A stretch of DNA of 62,930 nt, counting the filler, from Choristocarpus tenellus KU-1152 (taxonomy: Eukaryota; Protista; Phaeophyceae), in assembly GCA_964200185.2 (NCBI GenBank). It is 6 parts of 6 records of this genome, joined end to end, with 100 filler letters (N's around TTAATTAATTAA, not from the genome) between each part and the next. Parts side by side here need not be neighbours in the genome. Positions count along the whole stretch, not along the records: positions 1 to 14,228 come from CAXNAD020001252.1; 5 more parts are not named here. One strand, written 5' to 3'. The number at the start of each line of letters is the position of its first letter. The first letter of the stretch is position 1. Below the pieces are notes generated by a model that was not told the DNA's origin, ran no database searches, and saw nothing but the letters and a program-made list of their open reading frames with translations. This document shows, piece after piece, positions 1-12,001 of the stretch. Position numbers and translations under genes: made by a program.

Positions 1-699
1 CCCCCCAGATACTTTCACCCAAGGGGGGTGGTTCAAGTTTCACCCATATGCCAAGCGATGGATCGCCATGGGACACGATCGTACATCACTGTGTTGGTAC
101 ATCTGAAGAAGCAGGTTGAAGACTTCGTAGACACTGTGTTGAAAAAATTAATGTAGTGTGCGAGAGTTGTATTCTATTACTTCCACTCTCATGGGGGGGA
201 GTATCCAGAATACGATACAAATTAAGGTACTATGCAACCGAAAGCAATCGGGACCATTCAGGCAGGCAGTATTGACTAGTTTATAGATGAATTTCGTTCT
301 GACTATATATATATTTATCAGGTTTGAGAGTTCCAGCAACCCTTCGTTGCCTGCACTCTTATGGGGGAGTGTGAAAAAATAGGACAATCATAACGTGTAC
401 CCTATTTCGTGTGCGTGAGATTATGCCGTTGGATTGAGTCCATGTGATGTAAGTAATGAGATAATACATCTGGATTATGTATGGGGTTTGATATTGCAAT
501 TAAAATTCCCTGACAAAGTCGTTGACTTTCATCTGAGGCACAAATAATAATATTAAAGCAAAAGACACCCACAAGGCCACTCTTCTTTTCAACCATGTAA
601 AAATATTGCGCAATGGGGAATCGTGTGAGGCTCCACACCTTCTTGTCTTCATTACTGATCAAATAGCAATATCCTTCAAGATTAAGTGGACAGAGTGGC

Positions 700-935
700 C
701 TACCTCAAAGATGGCTGAAATGAGTGTTGATTTGGAGGAGCAACAGGAGCGAACGCAGCGTCAGAGGAGGATGTTGTGGCATCTGATGAACTCGCCCAGG
801 GTGGGGCTGGAGCTTTTATCACGGTCCCGTGGGGTCCGATTGGAGAGATGCGACCAACTACTGGAGTGGATATCAACCAGGTGCATATGCAGCTAGAATA
901 TTTCCGTGAGGTGATGGTTAGAACATTTGGCAAGG
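700..935 (+). mobile_element. Degenerate CRE/SLACS-like non-LTR retrotransposon fragment (post-RT region)
   Basis: Translation ELAQGGAGAFITVP...MQLEYFREVMVRTFG resembles the 'GAGAWL..P......FR.ALRRRLG' region of CRE-clade elements; truncated by the copia element. Confidence 0.4.
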
Positions 936-2392
936 GGGGTGGCAATATTCTGACTGGTGAGTGGAAGAAGGATGAACACGAGATAAAGCATTAGTACACT
1001 GTACCTGGAACTCCTCGACTCAATGGGAAGGTAGAACGGGACATCACGTAAAAAGGCTTGGTCATGATACATGGAGCTGGTCTGGGGGATCGACTGGGAT
1101 TGTGGGCTGAGGCACACGACATGACTAGCACCCTTACTAACTTGTTCCCCATGTCTGTTAATCCCCTTTGGGAGTCCCCATACATGGATGTAGGGGAAGG
1201 GGGTTTGATGTCTGAGGAAGTTGAACTAGGTCCGAGTAGGACTGTGGATGAGTTCAGGCAAGATTCTGCTGAGGAACTTCTGCTAAGTCCCGTGGTAGCA
1301 AGAAATGCAAGGGGGCTGGTTATGGAGAGATAGTTGGATGAAAGGTTGGACACTGCCATTGGTGTTGTGGATCCAATATCACAGCAGGGGAGTATGAGGA
1401 AGAGGTTACTGTGACATGTGGATCCCATTAGTGACCCTCCACCTGAACCAGGTGAACTATTTGAGGGATTAGGTAGAGATGACACTGTGGAATTTGTTTC
1501 AAGTCCACAGGTACCAGGAAATGAGCGGGAGTTAGGAGTGGAGGCAGTGAGATCAGATGGCGTATTAGATACAGGCATGGGGGATGTGAATCAGAAGTCG
1601 CAGCAGACTGATTGGTCTGCTTGTTGCTGGGAAAGATAGACTCCTCCCACCAGAACCCAAGACAATGCGAGAGGCAATGGAGTCAGGAGAGTGATCTTCG
1701 CGGAAAGGGGCCGTGGATGAGGAATGGGCATACACATCAGACGGGCAAAGATCCAGTTTGCTTACCCATTAAATTGTCACAAGGTTTTCGACCGAGGCAG
1801 ATGGATGGGAAAGGGAGAGCACAGAGGTCCAAGGTGAGGCTAGGACTATATGATGGGAGATTTAATGGAGCAGTGGGATTACTGAAGAAGTCCCAATATG
1901 GGATAGTCCGGAGTCGCGGAACTGGAATTTTCTTCTGGTGGGACCTTTGCTAGAGCTGGGATTGGAATAATCTGAGGCAGATCATGTTTGTTCAGAATGA
2001 TTGCGGATGGTGAGGCTCTGGTGATCATGATAGTTCAGGTTGATGGCATGCTGATGGTAGAGGAACCAGGGGCTGCCTAAGCTATGGGTATCATCGAGGG
2101 ACTTATGCACGAAGTTCTCGATGGTGAATTTGGGCGAGGTGGCCAAATTCATGGGATGCAGGATCAGGAGGAACAGGAAAACTGGGACACTTGTGGTGGA
2201 TCAAAGCTTGTACATTGGAGAGCTGACTGAAAGACATGGTATTGGCACAATTTACGAGCTACCATCCATCACAAAGATGGTGGAGCAGGAGGGGCCTGTT
2301 CCAGACGGCTACAGATCAATGTTTGGAGGTATACAATGTGCTGCTATAATTATTAGACCAGATGTGTCTTTGTAGTAAGAGAGTTGGCATCT

Positions 2393-2650
2393 GAGCTAAA
2401 GTACCTTAGAGGGTAGAGCCGCGTCTATTTGGGGGCCAAAATCCAATGTTGCAATTTTGATGTAATTTTGCCTATTGTGTTTGTTAGTAAGTGTCAATAT
2501 TCTTGTTCCATACACACTTTATCATAGTGTATATATTTTACCTACTCCTAAACATTTTGGAGCAGGAAAATGCCATAAAAGAACCCATGAGAAGCCAAGC
2601 CCCAAAGGGAGAAACAGGGCAAAACTCATACCCCTCAGATACTTTCACTC
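2393..2650 (+). mobile_element. MITE family A, full copy nested in copia RT
   Basis: TIRs GAGCTAAAGTACCTTAGAGGGTA / TACCCCTCAGATACTTTCACTC; ATCT duplicated on both sides; removal restores the copia frame VRELAS-CVENPSWS. Confidence 0.92.
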
Positions 2651-3331
2651 ATCTTGTGTGGAGAATCCAAGTTGGTCTGATTAGTTGAATGCTGAGAGAT
2701 TAATTGGGTACCTGCTAAGTACTAGAGATCGTGGCATTGCCTTTGGAGATTTTGGATTGTATGGGAATGGACCAAGGGATCAGTTAATTGGCTATACAGA
2801 TGCTGATTATGCAAACTGCAAGGAGAGTAGACTGTATATTTCTGGAGGTGTTGTGATGTTTGGGGGAGGATGTGTTGACTGGTGGTCTAGGAAGCAGAAA
2901 GCGGTTACACTGTCTACTGCTGAGGTTGAGTATGTCGCACTGTGTGAGTTGGGGAATGAGGTTATGTTCCTAAAGCACGTGCACATGTTCATGCAACCAC
3001 GTTATAAGGATTACTCTGTGTCAGTGTTTGAGGATAATTGTGGTGCAATTAAGATTGCTCAGAAGGCAGTATCTGGTGGTAGAACAAAACACATAGATGC
3101 TCGGTATGACTATGCACGTCAGTTGGACAGAGAATGAAAGATAGCAATTGGATATTTGCCTACGGAGTTTCGATATGCTGATCTTTTTCCAAAGGGTTTG
3201 TCTAAGGAATCGTTCAATAGGTATTCCAGTGTTATCATGCGTAGAATGAAATGGGACTGATGTTTGTGTTGAAGATATGCTTGAGAGCGATTGAAGTGTT
3301 TTTTTTCCACTAGAAGTTCAAAGCAGGGGAA

Positions 3332-3668
3332 TGTGTCAAGATTATGCTTTAAATTAACGTGTGAAGATAATTAAGGAAACAATCAGTTGTTGGATAATTA
3401 AATAGTTATTGAAGAACTGTTGGATAGTTGTTTACAAGGGGATGATTGATAGTAATATTCTCTGTTGAGTGACTATGAGAACATTATCTCTGTTATTACA
3501 ATGCAATAAGAAGAATCCTAGAAAAAGGACTGTTGTAGCAAGTAACACAGAATGAGTGATGAGATATTAGAATAGGAATGATTTGGTGGCAAGGACACCC
3601 TCCCCTTCGGGCTTGGATGTTCACTCCTCCTTTCACCTTCCTTACTCATCTATAACCTGTTCTACACA
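3332..3668 (+). repeat. Putative 3' LTR of the copia element
   Basis: Polypurine tract AAAGCAGGGGAA directly upstream; inverted termini TGTGT...ACACA. Confidence 0.6.
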
Positions 3669-4068
3669 ATAAGGAACTAATCGAGTCATTCTCATACATA
3701 AGTCTTGGGAACATCAGCCTCTTTAACATGTTCAACCTCAAATGTGTTATTCCAATTTTCATACTGCTGGCACATATCAGCTATCCAACTTTATTCTAAC
3801 TCCCCTCGCATGCTCAATGTGTCATCTCACCACGTATTAATTCCTGAGTATGTAGATAATGAACCTCTAATGAACATTACTGTTGATACTGCCACTGACA
3901 TTCCAGTAATTTCACTCAGATACATTCATGCCTATCCCAACTCTATGCAAGGCACCCATTTGGGAGATTCCAGCAGGTGATCTGAACTAAAATGGAGCAG
4001 ATGGTAGACCTTCATCTGTTCATGGTTGCTTTCAATATACATTACGCCTTGGTGACATTACATGATAC

Positions 4069-4132
4069 TGGGAAGCCAAGCCCTAAATGGACAAACAGGG
4101 CAAAACTCATACCCTCTAAGATGCTTTCACTC
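4069..4132 (+). mobile_element. MITE family A, right-end fragment
   Basis: GGGAAGCCAAGCCCTAAATGGACAAACAGGGCAAAACTCATACCCTCTAAGATGCTTTCACTC matches the 3' end of the other copies. Confidence 0.85.
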
Positions 4133-4797
4133 AGGTGTGTATCAGGTACACTTAGTGCAGAGTGTGCTTGGCGTGTTATGGGGGGGCAACACCAGCCAAG
4201 AAATTAAAAACACATGATATACAACTGGAGCCTTCTGATGTGAAGAAAGCAAAAAAACAAAGAAGAAACAAGGAGACAAACTTGAATAAACACCTGATGG
4301 GACGCATGTGACACATATTATGCCTGTATGTGTGATAGGTAGCGACTGTTCTTATGCTTCCTATGTACTGTGATGTCCTACAAGTGATTGATGATGTTGT
4401 GACGATGAGTTAGTGATGTGAGTGGAAAAACGACCAGTACAGTGGACAAATCAACATTCAGTATGAACTCGTGATACTGTGCTGTATCAAGAACAAATCG
4501 AATGAGTAGCCTATGTTTTAACAGCTTCTTCAGTGTAATGATTATATATAGTTTTCGGTATGTCATAGGCATTATACCTTCTTGGTAGGAATACATTTAA
4601 GGTTAGGAGACCTTAACACAACTCATGAGCATGGAGAATGTCAAGCAGGAAAAGTATGGCTCATATTAAATCAAGTAGGTGAATCGGGGCAAACAACTTG
4701 CATTGTGTTTTCATTCAGTTCAAAGGTGAAAGGGTTCGTTACGTCTGCTATCCACCCTCCAAGTTCAACTAACTGCAGGTAGTAGTATGGTTGGGCT

Positions 4798-5071
4798 GAA
4801 TGAAAGTATCTTAGGGTTAGGGTACGAGTTTTGGCCTGTTTGTCCGTTTGAGGCTTGACTTCCCATGTTGTTTTTTTAATGACATTTTCCTATTCCGAAA
4901 TGTTTCGGAGTTGGTAAAATGTATACAATTTGGAGTAAGGTATAATGCGTGTGTCTGGAACAAGGATATTGACACTTCCTAATAAACACGACAGCTAAGA
5001 TTACATCAAAATTGAAAAATTGGATTTTGGCCCCAAATGGACACGGCTCTACCCTCTAGATACTTTGACTT
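4798..5071 (-). mobile_element. MITE family A, full copy (subfamily with TTAGGGTTAGGG in the TIR)
   Basis: Both TIRs and the central hairpin are present; flanks GGCT/GACT. Confidence 0.88.
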
Positions 5072-5799
5072 GACTGGGATGATCCTTACCCAACTGCACT
5101 ACCTCACAGCTTATTGCAAGATCAAGTTTCTGTCAGTAAATTCTCTTCAGTAGTAGTTTTTAAATCTTAATGGAGTATATACGTACGTACTGTGTACTGT
5201 GATATGTACACTTGTTGTACACTTGCTTGTGGGAATGAATACCTGTCTCGTGTTTTCTAGACAATATATATCTTTACTATTCCAACTACTTTCATGCAGA
5301 GTCTAAGGCATTTCTGCCTTTGACAATTGCCATGCCTCAAGACATGCTCACAAAACATGCCCCATCTCCATGCTTGTCGTTTCGAATTTTCAGTGTGTTC
5401 TACCAAACCCCATCTCACTGTGAAGCAAGTATAGTGTTTCATCTTGGATGGTACCTGTGATAAGGTTGATTCACGCTTGCTTCGTATCCTACCTCTGGAA
5501 AAATACATTACTCCATTTGCAATTTATCAGTTAATATATTGAAATAGCCAGCCTCTACTTCTAGTGAGCTGTGGTGAAGCAATGAGCAGAAAAATGATTC
5601 AAACTCTAGTCTTCATTCCATATTTGACAACTATTTTGCTAGCAATGACTCGTTGTTGCCTGCTGTTAAGGACGGAATGTCCCCGAGTCACCCCTGCATG
5701 GACAATAGGTAGGCTTGCAGCACCACGTATTACTTCTTGGTTCACGAGACTTACAATCCTGCAGCACAATCGCAGTCGTAAAAGCTTAAAGTCTAAACC

Positions 5800-6456
5800 T
5801 CATGCCGTCCCGAAGAGGCACACACCCATTTGACCAATGTAGAAGTAACAAAATTTCGTGTGTTCGTGTGTCACGTAGCAACCAAAGTTCCTTCCCACGA
5901 AGCAGTGCCAACTGTGCGGGCAGAAGTGGTGTGGTAGAGGGCGCGTGTGTCACAAGACCCCTAAAAATGAAAATACAATCAATGAATAGTCTTCGATGGG
6001 ACTTCTACTCTTGATTTTCAACTTAGACGAACGAGATGAAGCCCTTTGCTACGTGTTAGTTCATGATAGTAGAGGAAGCTGCACTCACTCACCACACACG
6101 CGCACACGCATGCAACTACGCTGAGGAGGAATCCATTTCCTACTGTCGATGGAGTGCATAACTATACTCGGCACTCACACGGAGGGATACAAGGTCTCAA
6201 ATGCAGCCTTTATTGCATTCGCGATCTCCTTCTCCACATTGTTGTCTCGCATGGCATCCTGAGCAACCTGACATGACCAGGCACCACGAGAAGAAACGAT
6301 TGAGCAAAATGAAACTTCGTGTAGATATGCACAACACGAGTATTGATGAACCTCCCAAAAATCGCACATCACGAGAGAGAGCCTCCTCACTTGTATTGCA
6401 GCCTCCTGCATATCAGGAAGCATAGTACTTGTCTTAATTACTGGTCGTGCCGACAT
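5800..6456 (-). CDS. Dynein light chain, LC8/DYNLL family (88 aa; exons 6456-6391, 6267-6179, 5911-5800)
   Basis: Spliced product [88 protein letters not shown]; WHCxVGRNFGxYVTHE signature; canonical GT-AG introns with consistent phases. Confidence 0.95.
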
Positions 6457-6728
6457 ATGAGTGGTGAGAGCGCAGAGGATATGCGACCTGTTCTCTGCGC
6501 TCTCACCGTGTTTCACGAGTGCCTCAGGCGTAACGAGGAGTGGACACAAGGGTTGTTGGACGTTGGTTGGAAGGACAGTTTCACAATCCTCAAACATGTT
6601 TGGAGGAGGCGTTATGCCACAATATGAAAATGTGATTGAAATTGAACCTTATCTCTCTAACCGAGAAACTCAAATTTAAGGTCACCTTACAACCTCACTC
6701 TCACTGCTTTTTAACTATCAATTTCGCA
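6457..6728. promoter_or_regulatory. Putative bidirectional promoter/5' UTR region between dynein LC8 and patatin genes
   Basis: Only 272 bp separate two divergent ATGs; inferred from gene geometry only. Confidence 0.5.
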
Positions 6729-8665
6729 ATGCGTCTCGTAGTTGTGTTCATATGGGCTATAGGTTCATCGTGTGGCTCCTCGGCATTTGTGTACCCGTCG
6801 CAGAGGGGACTATCCACACATGTCCAAAATGTCCAAAGGTTTGCAGTCCCTGCGATGCTCGCAGGAAAATCAGACAACAACAATCCCGAAGATGGAAGTT
6901 TTGATGTGGTCTTATCCTCTGGGTACTGTGCATTCGCGGCGCATTGTGGTTTCCTGGAAGCAGTAGAGAGGAGCTGGGGAAAGCACAGAGTGGGCGCCAT
7001 CATGGGCACCTCGTCTGGTGCATTAGCAGGCAAGAAAAGCCGTGTCCCTCCTCGTACTTGGAAACTTTTCAATATAATGTCGACTCCAAGAATGTAGATC
7101 ACCAAGAGGGTTGGACAGAACAATAATATATTTCCCGCTAACTTGTACCTTCTACAATCGGGACAATAGGGGCGCTGTGGGCGGCAGGATTTACAGCCGA
7201 GGAAGTGGCAAACGTGCTTGGAGATCAGTGAGTGGTGGCGATTCTGCGAGGGGATGGCATACGCACTCATATCTTTCAGATGCACCAACATATGCACAAG
7301 CCTTCTGTTTGCTGTAACGCTTCTAGTGTCGTTGTCCAATGTAGATCTCAATGTGGCGTTAGGGCTGTCCCTTGGCATGGCGGTATTATCTTTATGGCAA
7401 GCTCTGCGATTCTAAGGCCCTGTACACCAAAAGTGACACAGGAGATGAACATTGATGCAACTTGCCGAGGGTTGTAGGAATGAGACATCTGTTTTCCATA
7501 GCTTGATAATAGTCCCTCCCTCCCTGCTTGTCTCCGCATGCAAGGTCATCCCTTGCTGTGACCCGAAAACTGTGTTCGACCCCATGGCAAGGACTGTTTT
7601 CACTGTCTGGGTTAGTGGACCTCCTCCGTGACTACCTACCTCCGACTTTTGAAGAGCTTTTGACACCTTTGGCTGTGGGTGTGCTGGGGTCCGGAGGATA
7701 TCCAGAGTGAGAAAATCATCTTCCATCCTCAGAACATCAAGGCATGGTTTTCTTCTACCCCTGTGGCAGTGTTGGAAGGCATTCAATGCAGTTCTAACAG
7801 CTGAAATGTTTGTTTTGTCAATGCTCCTAGCGCACATAGCACTTGTTATATCTCCTGCACTCTCCTTTTTTGTTCACTTCAGGCTGCTAGACTCGGGTCC
7901 CCTTCCAGAGGCCGTGGCAGCTTCCCTTGCTGTACCGTTCCTGTTTGCTCCTGTGTCAGTCAATGGGATCAAGTACCATGATGGGGGAGTGAAAGATAGG
8001 ACTGGATTGGGGAGGTGGGTGCGTCTGAGACCTGAAGAAAGAGTGCTAGTTCATCTTGTTGACAGCAGCCGTGGACGCAAGGGGGACTCTCGGAGCGGTG
8101 TTCAAGGCTGGCACATGGTATGTGTGCTTTTTTGTAGGGTTTACATACTATGTAGCGATCTTCGCTTACGTAGAACTGGAGAATGTGCTTTCTATTTTTC
8201 CCATCCCTAAGCTTTGGGTTTTAGTACTTAATGTGAAACTCATCGGCGTTTGTTTTATACATCCTTGTTTTTCACCCCAGGTGTACATAGAGCTTCTAGG
8301 TGGTGAGGTGGTGCTGTTCATTGTAGTATACTTTAAAGAATGATTGATTTGTGAATAGGAGTGTGGCAACAATCTGGTACTTTTAATGTGCATTATTATG
8401 TTTCTTACTTGCCAACAGCTTGATCTCTTTCTGACTCCCATTGCACTTGACCCCTGTGGAGCAGGACCCCAGTGTTATGGTGATCCGGTCAGACAAGTCA
8501 GGGGCATCGATTTTCCGAGGGTTGGGAGATTTTGAGGGAGAACGCATCGTGGCAATGAAGCATGCATTACAAATACTGGATCCTAGCATTGCCAAGTCCA
8601 TTCCATTGATATACCCAGATGACTTTGCTCCCTATCTGAGCTTACTTGAAGCTGCAGATGATTGA
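6729..8665 (+). CDS. Patatin-like phospholipase, probably plastid-targeted (exons 6729-7029, 7170-7227, 7545-7706, 7883-8117, 8465-8665)
   Basis: Gly-rich loop VVLSSGYCAFAAHCGFL, GTSSG nucleophile, AAS.AVP..F.PV and DGG motifs; N-terminal signal peptide ending SSA-FVYP (ASAFAP-like); exon phases consistent. Confidence 0.9.
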
Positions 8666-9013
8666 CATGTTTGTTTGGATGATATGTTTGGATGATATTT
8701 GGATTACATGTTTGTTTCCAACAGTGTTATTTGTGTTCCATCCACAATTGTTTCTCTGTATCTCTGGCGTATGTCGTTTTGTGGAAAATGACCCTATGAT
8801 TAAGCATAATATTCCATACTGTGTAGTGGTGACAGCCTTGAGGATAAATATATCCACTACACTTGTATGGTATGTGGGGTTGTACATATATTCTAACCCT
8901 TGCCTAAAGTAGTCAGTATAGTCATTACTATTTGTTTGACAGCATGACTTCTAGGTGAGATCCTCATCAAAATCCAACGCAGACTTCTATTTGCAAGGCA
9001 TCATCACCACACT

Positions 9014-9265
9014 GAGCCAAAGTAATCGAGAGGTACCCAGGGTTGCATTCTTAGGATGCTGTGAAACATGTGCAAAATTCGGCTTCTTGTATGGATGTGA
9101 TTAGGGACTTCACTGAATTCTGTCAAAAGTTTTCAAACAATAGAAATGAATGCTCTCAAGTCAATCTTAGTACTTGATAGAAATATGTGTGTTGAAAAGA
9201 AAGTGATTTAAAATGCAAAACGACCAAACCGGTCAAAACCTGGGTACCTCTCATTTACTTCAGCT
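9014..9265. mobile_element. MITE family B (TIR related to family A, different interior)
   Basis: GAGCCAAAGTAATCGAGAGGTACCCAGG ... CCTGGGTACCTCTCATTTACTTCAGCT imperfect ~28-bp TIR; ACT on both flanks; ~252 bp. Confidence 0.7.
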
Positions 9266-10547
9266 ACTCACTCTCATGCTTATCTACAGCACTCCTGATT
9301 AATGTGGTTGCAGGTCAATTACAAGTAGCTCATTCCACAGAATGGTATGCATTGAGTGTGTGTAGTCAATGGTTGACATTTGGTCTATTCTTCCAAGAGT
9401 GGGCAGACACAAATATGAGCAGGGTTGTGAGTGAGCAATATTCAGGTGTACTATATCTGTGAATAGTACCTTCTCACATCTGTTCCAAGTACTTGGTCCT
9501 GCACAGACAGATACTACTACAATGAAGCACTCGATCAATGAGTATCTGTCCAACATGTCATAGGAATGGGCCCCTGAAGGCAACATTCCTTGAAGGATCT
9601 TCGCACCTTTTCGTTTCATGTGAAACTGTTCTATGTTGTGAGGGTGTGTCCACAGATAAGATTTAGTTCTGGTTTGTGTGAGAAGTCATTGTTGTACTTG
9701 TGTCTTACCATGGTGTTGGGTGCTGCTTTTGATTGTTCTCACTACCGTTAGTCACAATAACAGTACCCTAGGACAAGGGACAGGGTGCAGTTGGGTGAAA
9801 CTATTGAGTTTCCATTTTTTGGTGCAAGCTGTGTCATGGCAATTGACTTCAATTGATAGTCTGCCTAGACTAGGTCATGTGATCATTTGACACTTTATGA
9901 TCTAATGTAGATACATTGTGTTTGATTCATCACTGCATGATCACTTTGCACATTGTCAAGAGACCATGTCTGACCTTTATGACAACCATATGCAAAAACA
10001 ATACTGATAGTACATGCACCTCTTACTGTGATTACAGAGCACTCTGGAGGACTGCTGTACTGATTGATGAAGGGAAAAGAAAAATATTGCTGGTGGACCC
10101 CTTTGAGACATCTGGATTTGCCCTATCCTTTATGGTCCAAGGTGAGACCTTAAATTGTTTTGGAGGGGGTGCCCATATATGCAGCTAGGTAAATGGAAAG
10201 GGGTAGACTCTACTATACCGCGTTGTATGATACCCAACAGCAGACACCTTTGCATGCAATGCTGGCATCTGTGGTAGTTGAGCTGCAGGAACGTTGTAAT
10301 AGGTCTGGGCCTAACCATTGCTGTCACTTCGTTTCAGAGAACATACACCCAATTCCTATGCTCTAAAGCAATGCTTGTAGTTACAAGTGCATATATTATT
10401 GGTTATTGTGTGCATGTCATACTAGTAATCAAACATCAAGACAACTCCCTCAGTAACCCGTACGTTGTAGGATGAGGTATCACAATTAGTATGTGTACAA
10501 CATTATTGTATTTACGTCACGGCATTCTGTACTACAATATGTATATA

Positions 10548-11840
10548 CTTCCTACGTTTGGAATTAAATGTAACGTTACTATTACAAGCTCCTTTCTCGC
10601 TCGAGAACGACCCACGTAGTAAACCCTGTGGACAAGGCTTATTTCTCATATAGATTGGGAGGCGCGCAAAGTTTAAGATGGTGGGCTGTCTTGACTGTGG
10701 AGGATCACCAGTGCAAAGTCGACCAAGTTGCATTTGACAGGTTTCAAAAACCTTGTGAAACTAAGTGGTTGCTTATTGGGATGTCTAGGACCAAGGCCCC
10801 CCGTTGTTGAAACGGCTGACTCATCCTGTCGTCACCCGTAGGTCTCAATTCTTCGACCCACAAGTCTATCCTGGGTCCAGAGTCATAGACACTGACTAAG
10901 ATCAGTGTTATGGTGCAATGCCTGGAGGCGAGAGGGTATGAGACTTGGACGTCTTGGGGGATGGCAGTGGCCATTGTGGAGGACTTTGGGATTTCCCCAA
11001 TCAACGTGTCCCATCATCTGGAGGAGTATGAAAGCCAGATCGCCTGAGGTGATTGCATGGACGTTGTATGATGTCCCAAGGGTCAATGTGGCTGCCATAC
11101 AAGTATCTTCAATGTTTGAGATGTCCCATTGGTACACCACACATCTTTCCACCAATGGGCAGCCAATACTGGTTTTCCCCTTGCTTCGTTGTGGGATCTG
11201 TGCAATTGCAAGGAAGTGAAAGTCAAGGACTGGATTAAGCCAGTCCTCTTAGACCACCAGAAAGTCAACAGGGTGGGTTTTCTCATCAGTCACATGCACA
11301 GGAGGGGGGGAAGTGGGGTATTAGTGGATGATTTGTACGACTGGGTGCATGTGGATGAGAAGTAGTTTACACCCTTAAAGATGGGCGAGGTGTATGTACC
11401 TGCACCCCACTGTAGGCTCCCCCCAAACAAGCACCTTAGTGCCGTTGGGCTGGTGTTAGCTGGAGCGCTGAGCAACCTTAGTGTTCACGATTGGCCAGAT
11501 CCCAATTTTCTCGTTGAACCACACCCAATTGGAGAGCTCTCTGTGGTGGGCCACAGCTGCAAGGAACATCACCTTCGTATCTTAGTAAAGAAAAGGCTGA
11601 GAAGGCGGGCAAGCTCCCCTGCGGATATGGGAAAATACCATGTTGGAAAGGAGTATTGGAGGGCTTTGGGTGGGGGAGTCATAGATAGGTGTAGGCTGCC
11701 CAATTTTGCTTGAGATTTTGGTGCGCAACCTTTTAGTGTCTGCACAACATACCCCATAAAATATTAAAATAGTAGTATGAGAAAAAACTTGCTTCTTTGT
11801 TGGGGTTGTAAAAGTTATATTTAATTCCGAACAGAGGAAG
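10548..11840 (+). mobile_element. Non-autonomous Tc1/mariner element of the DD39D (plant-mariner/Stowaway-related) type
   Basis: TA|CTTCCTACGTTTGGAATTAAATGTAAC ... GTTATATTTAATTCCGAACAGAGGAAG|TA (27-bp TIR, TA TSD); transposase relics IKPVLLDHQKVNRVGF, DDLYDWVHVDEK*F, KVMFLAAVA...KIGIWP...AQRSS, KEKAEKAGKLP. Confidence 0.9.
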
Positions 11841-12001
11841 TAGTACATAAATAGAATAGTGGTAAGAGCAGGAGAAATAGAAGCAAGATAACGCCTTCCA
11901 AAATACTAGTCAAACTTGACTTGGATTGTCTTCGCCAACATGCAAACCTCAATCTCCTGTATTGGTTTAGGGTTCACACCCGCATCCACGTACGCCTGTC
12001 A

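Larger units (their letters stand above)
935..3668 (+). mobile_element. Degenerate Ty1/copia LTR retrotransposon (integrase-RT-RNase H, PPT, 3' LTR), 5'-truncated
   Basis: Integrase 'IKH*YTVPGTPRLNGKVER...LWAEA' (~975-1120); RT 'LKKSQYG' (~1880) and 'IVQVDGML' (YVDD-like, ~2030); RNase H 'GYTDADYA...WWSRKQKAVTLSTAEVEYVAL...EDN...RTKHIDARY' (2685-3137); IN-RT-RH order is copia; many stops and frameshifts. Confidence 0.9.

Noticed and set aside
3835-3960. Retroviral-type aspartic protease (ITVDTATDIPVIS)
   Set aside because: Only one weak motif and no neighbouring gag/RT support; at most an unclassifiable TE relic.
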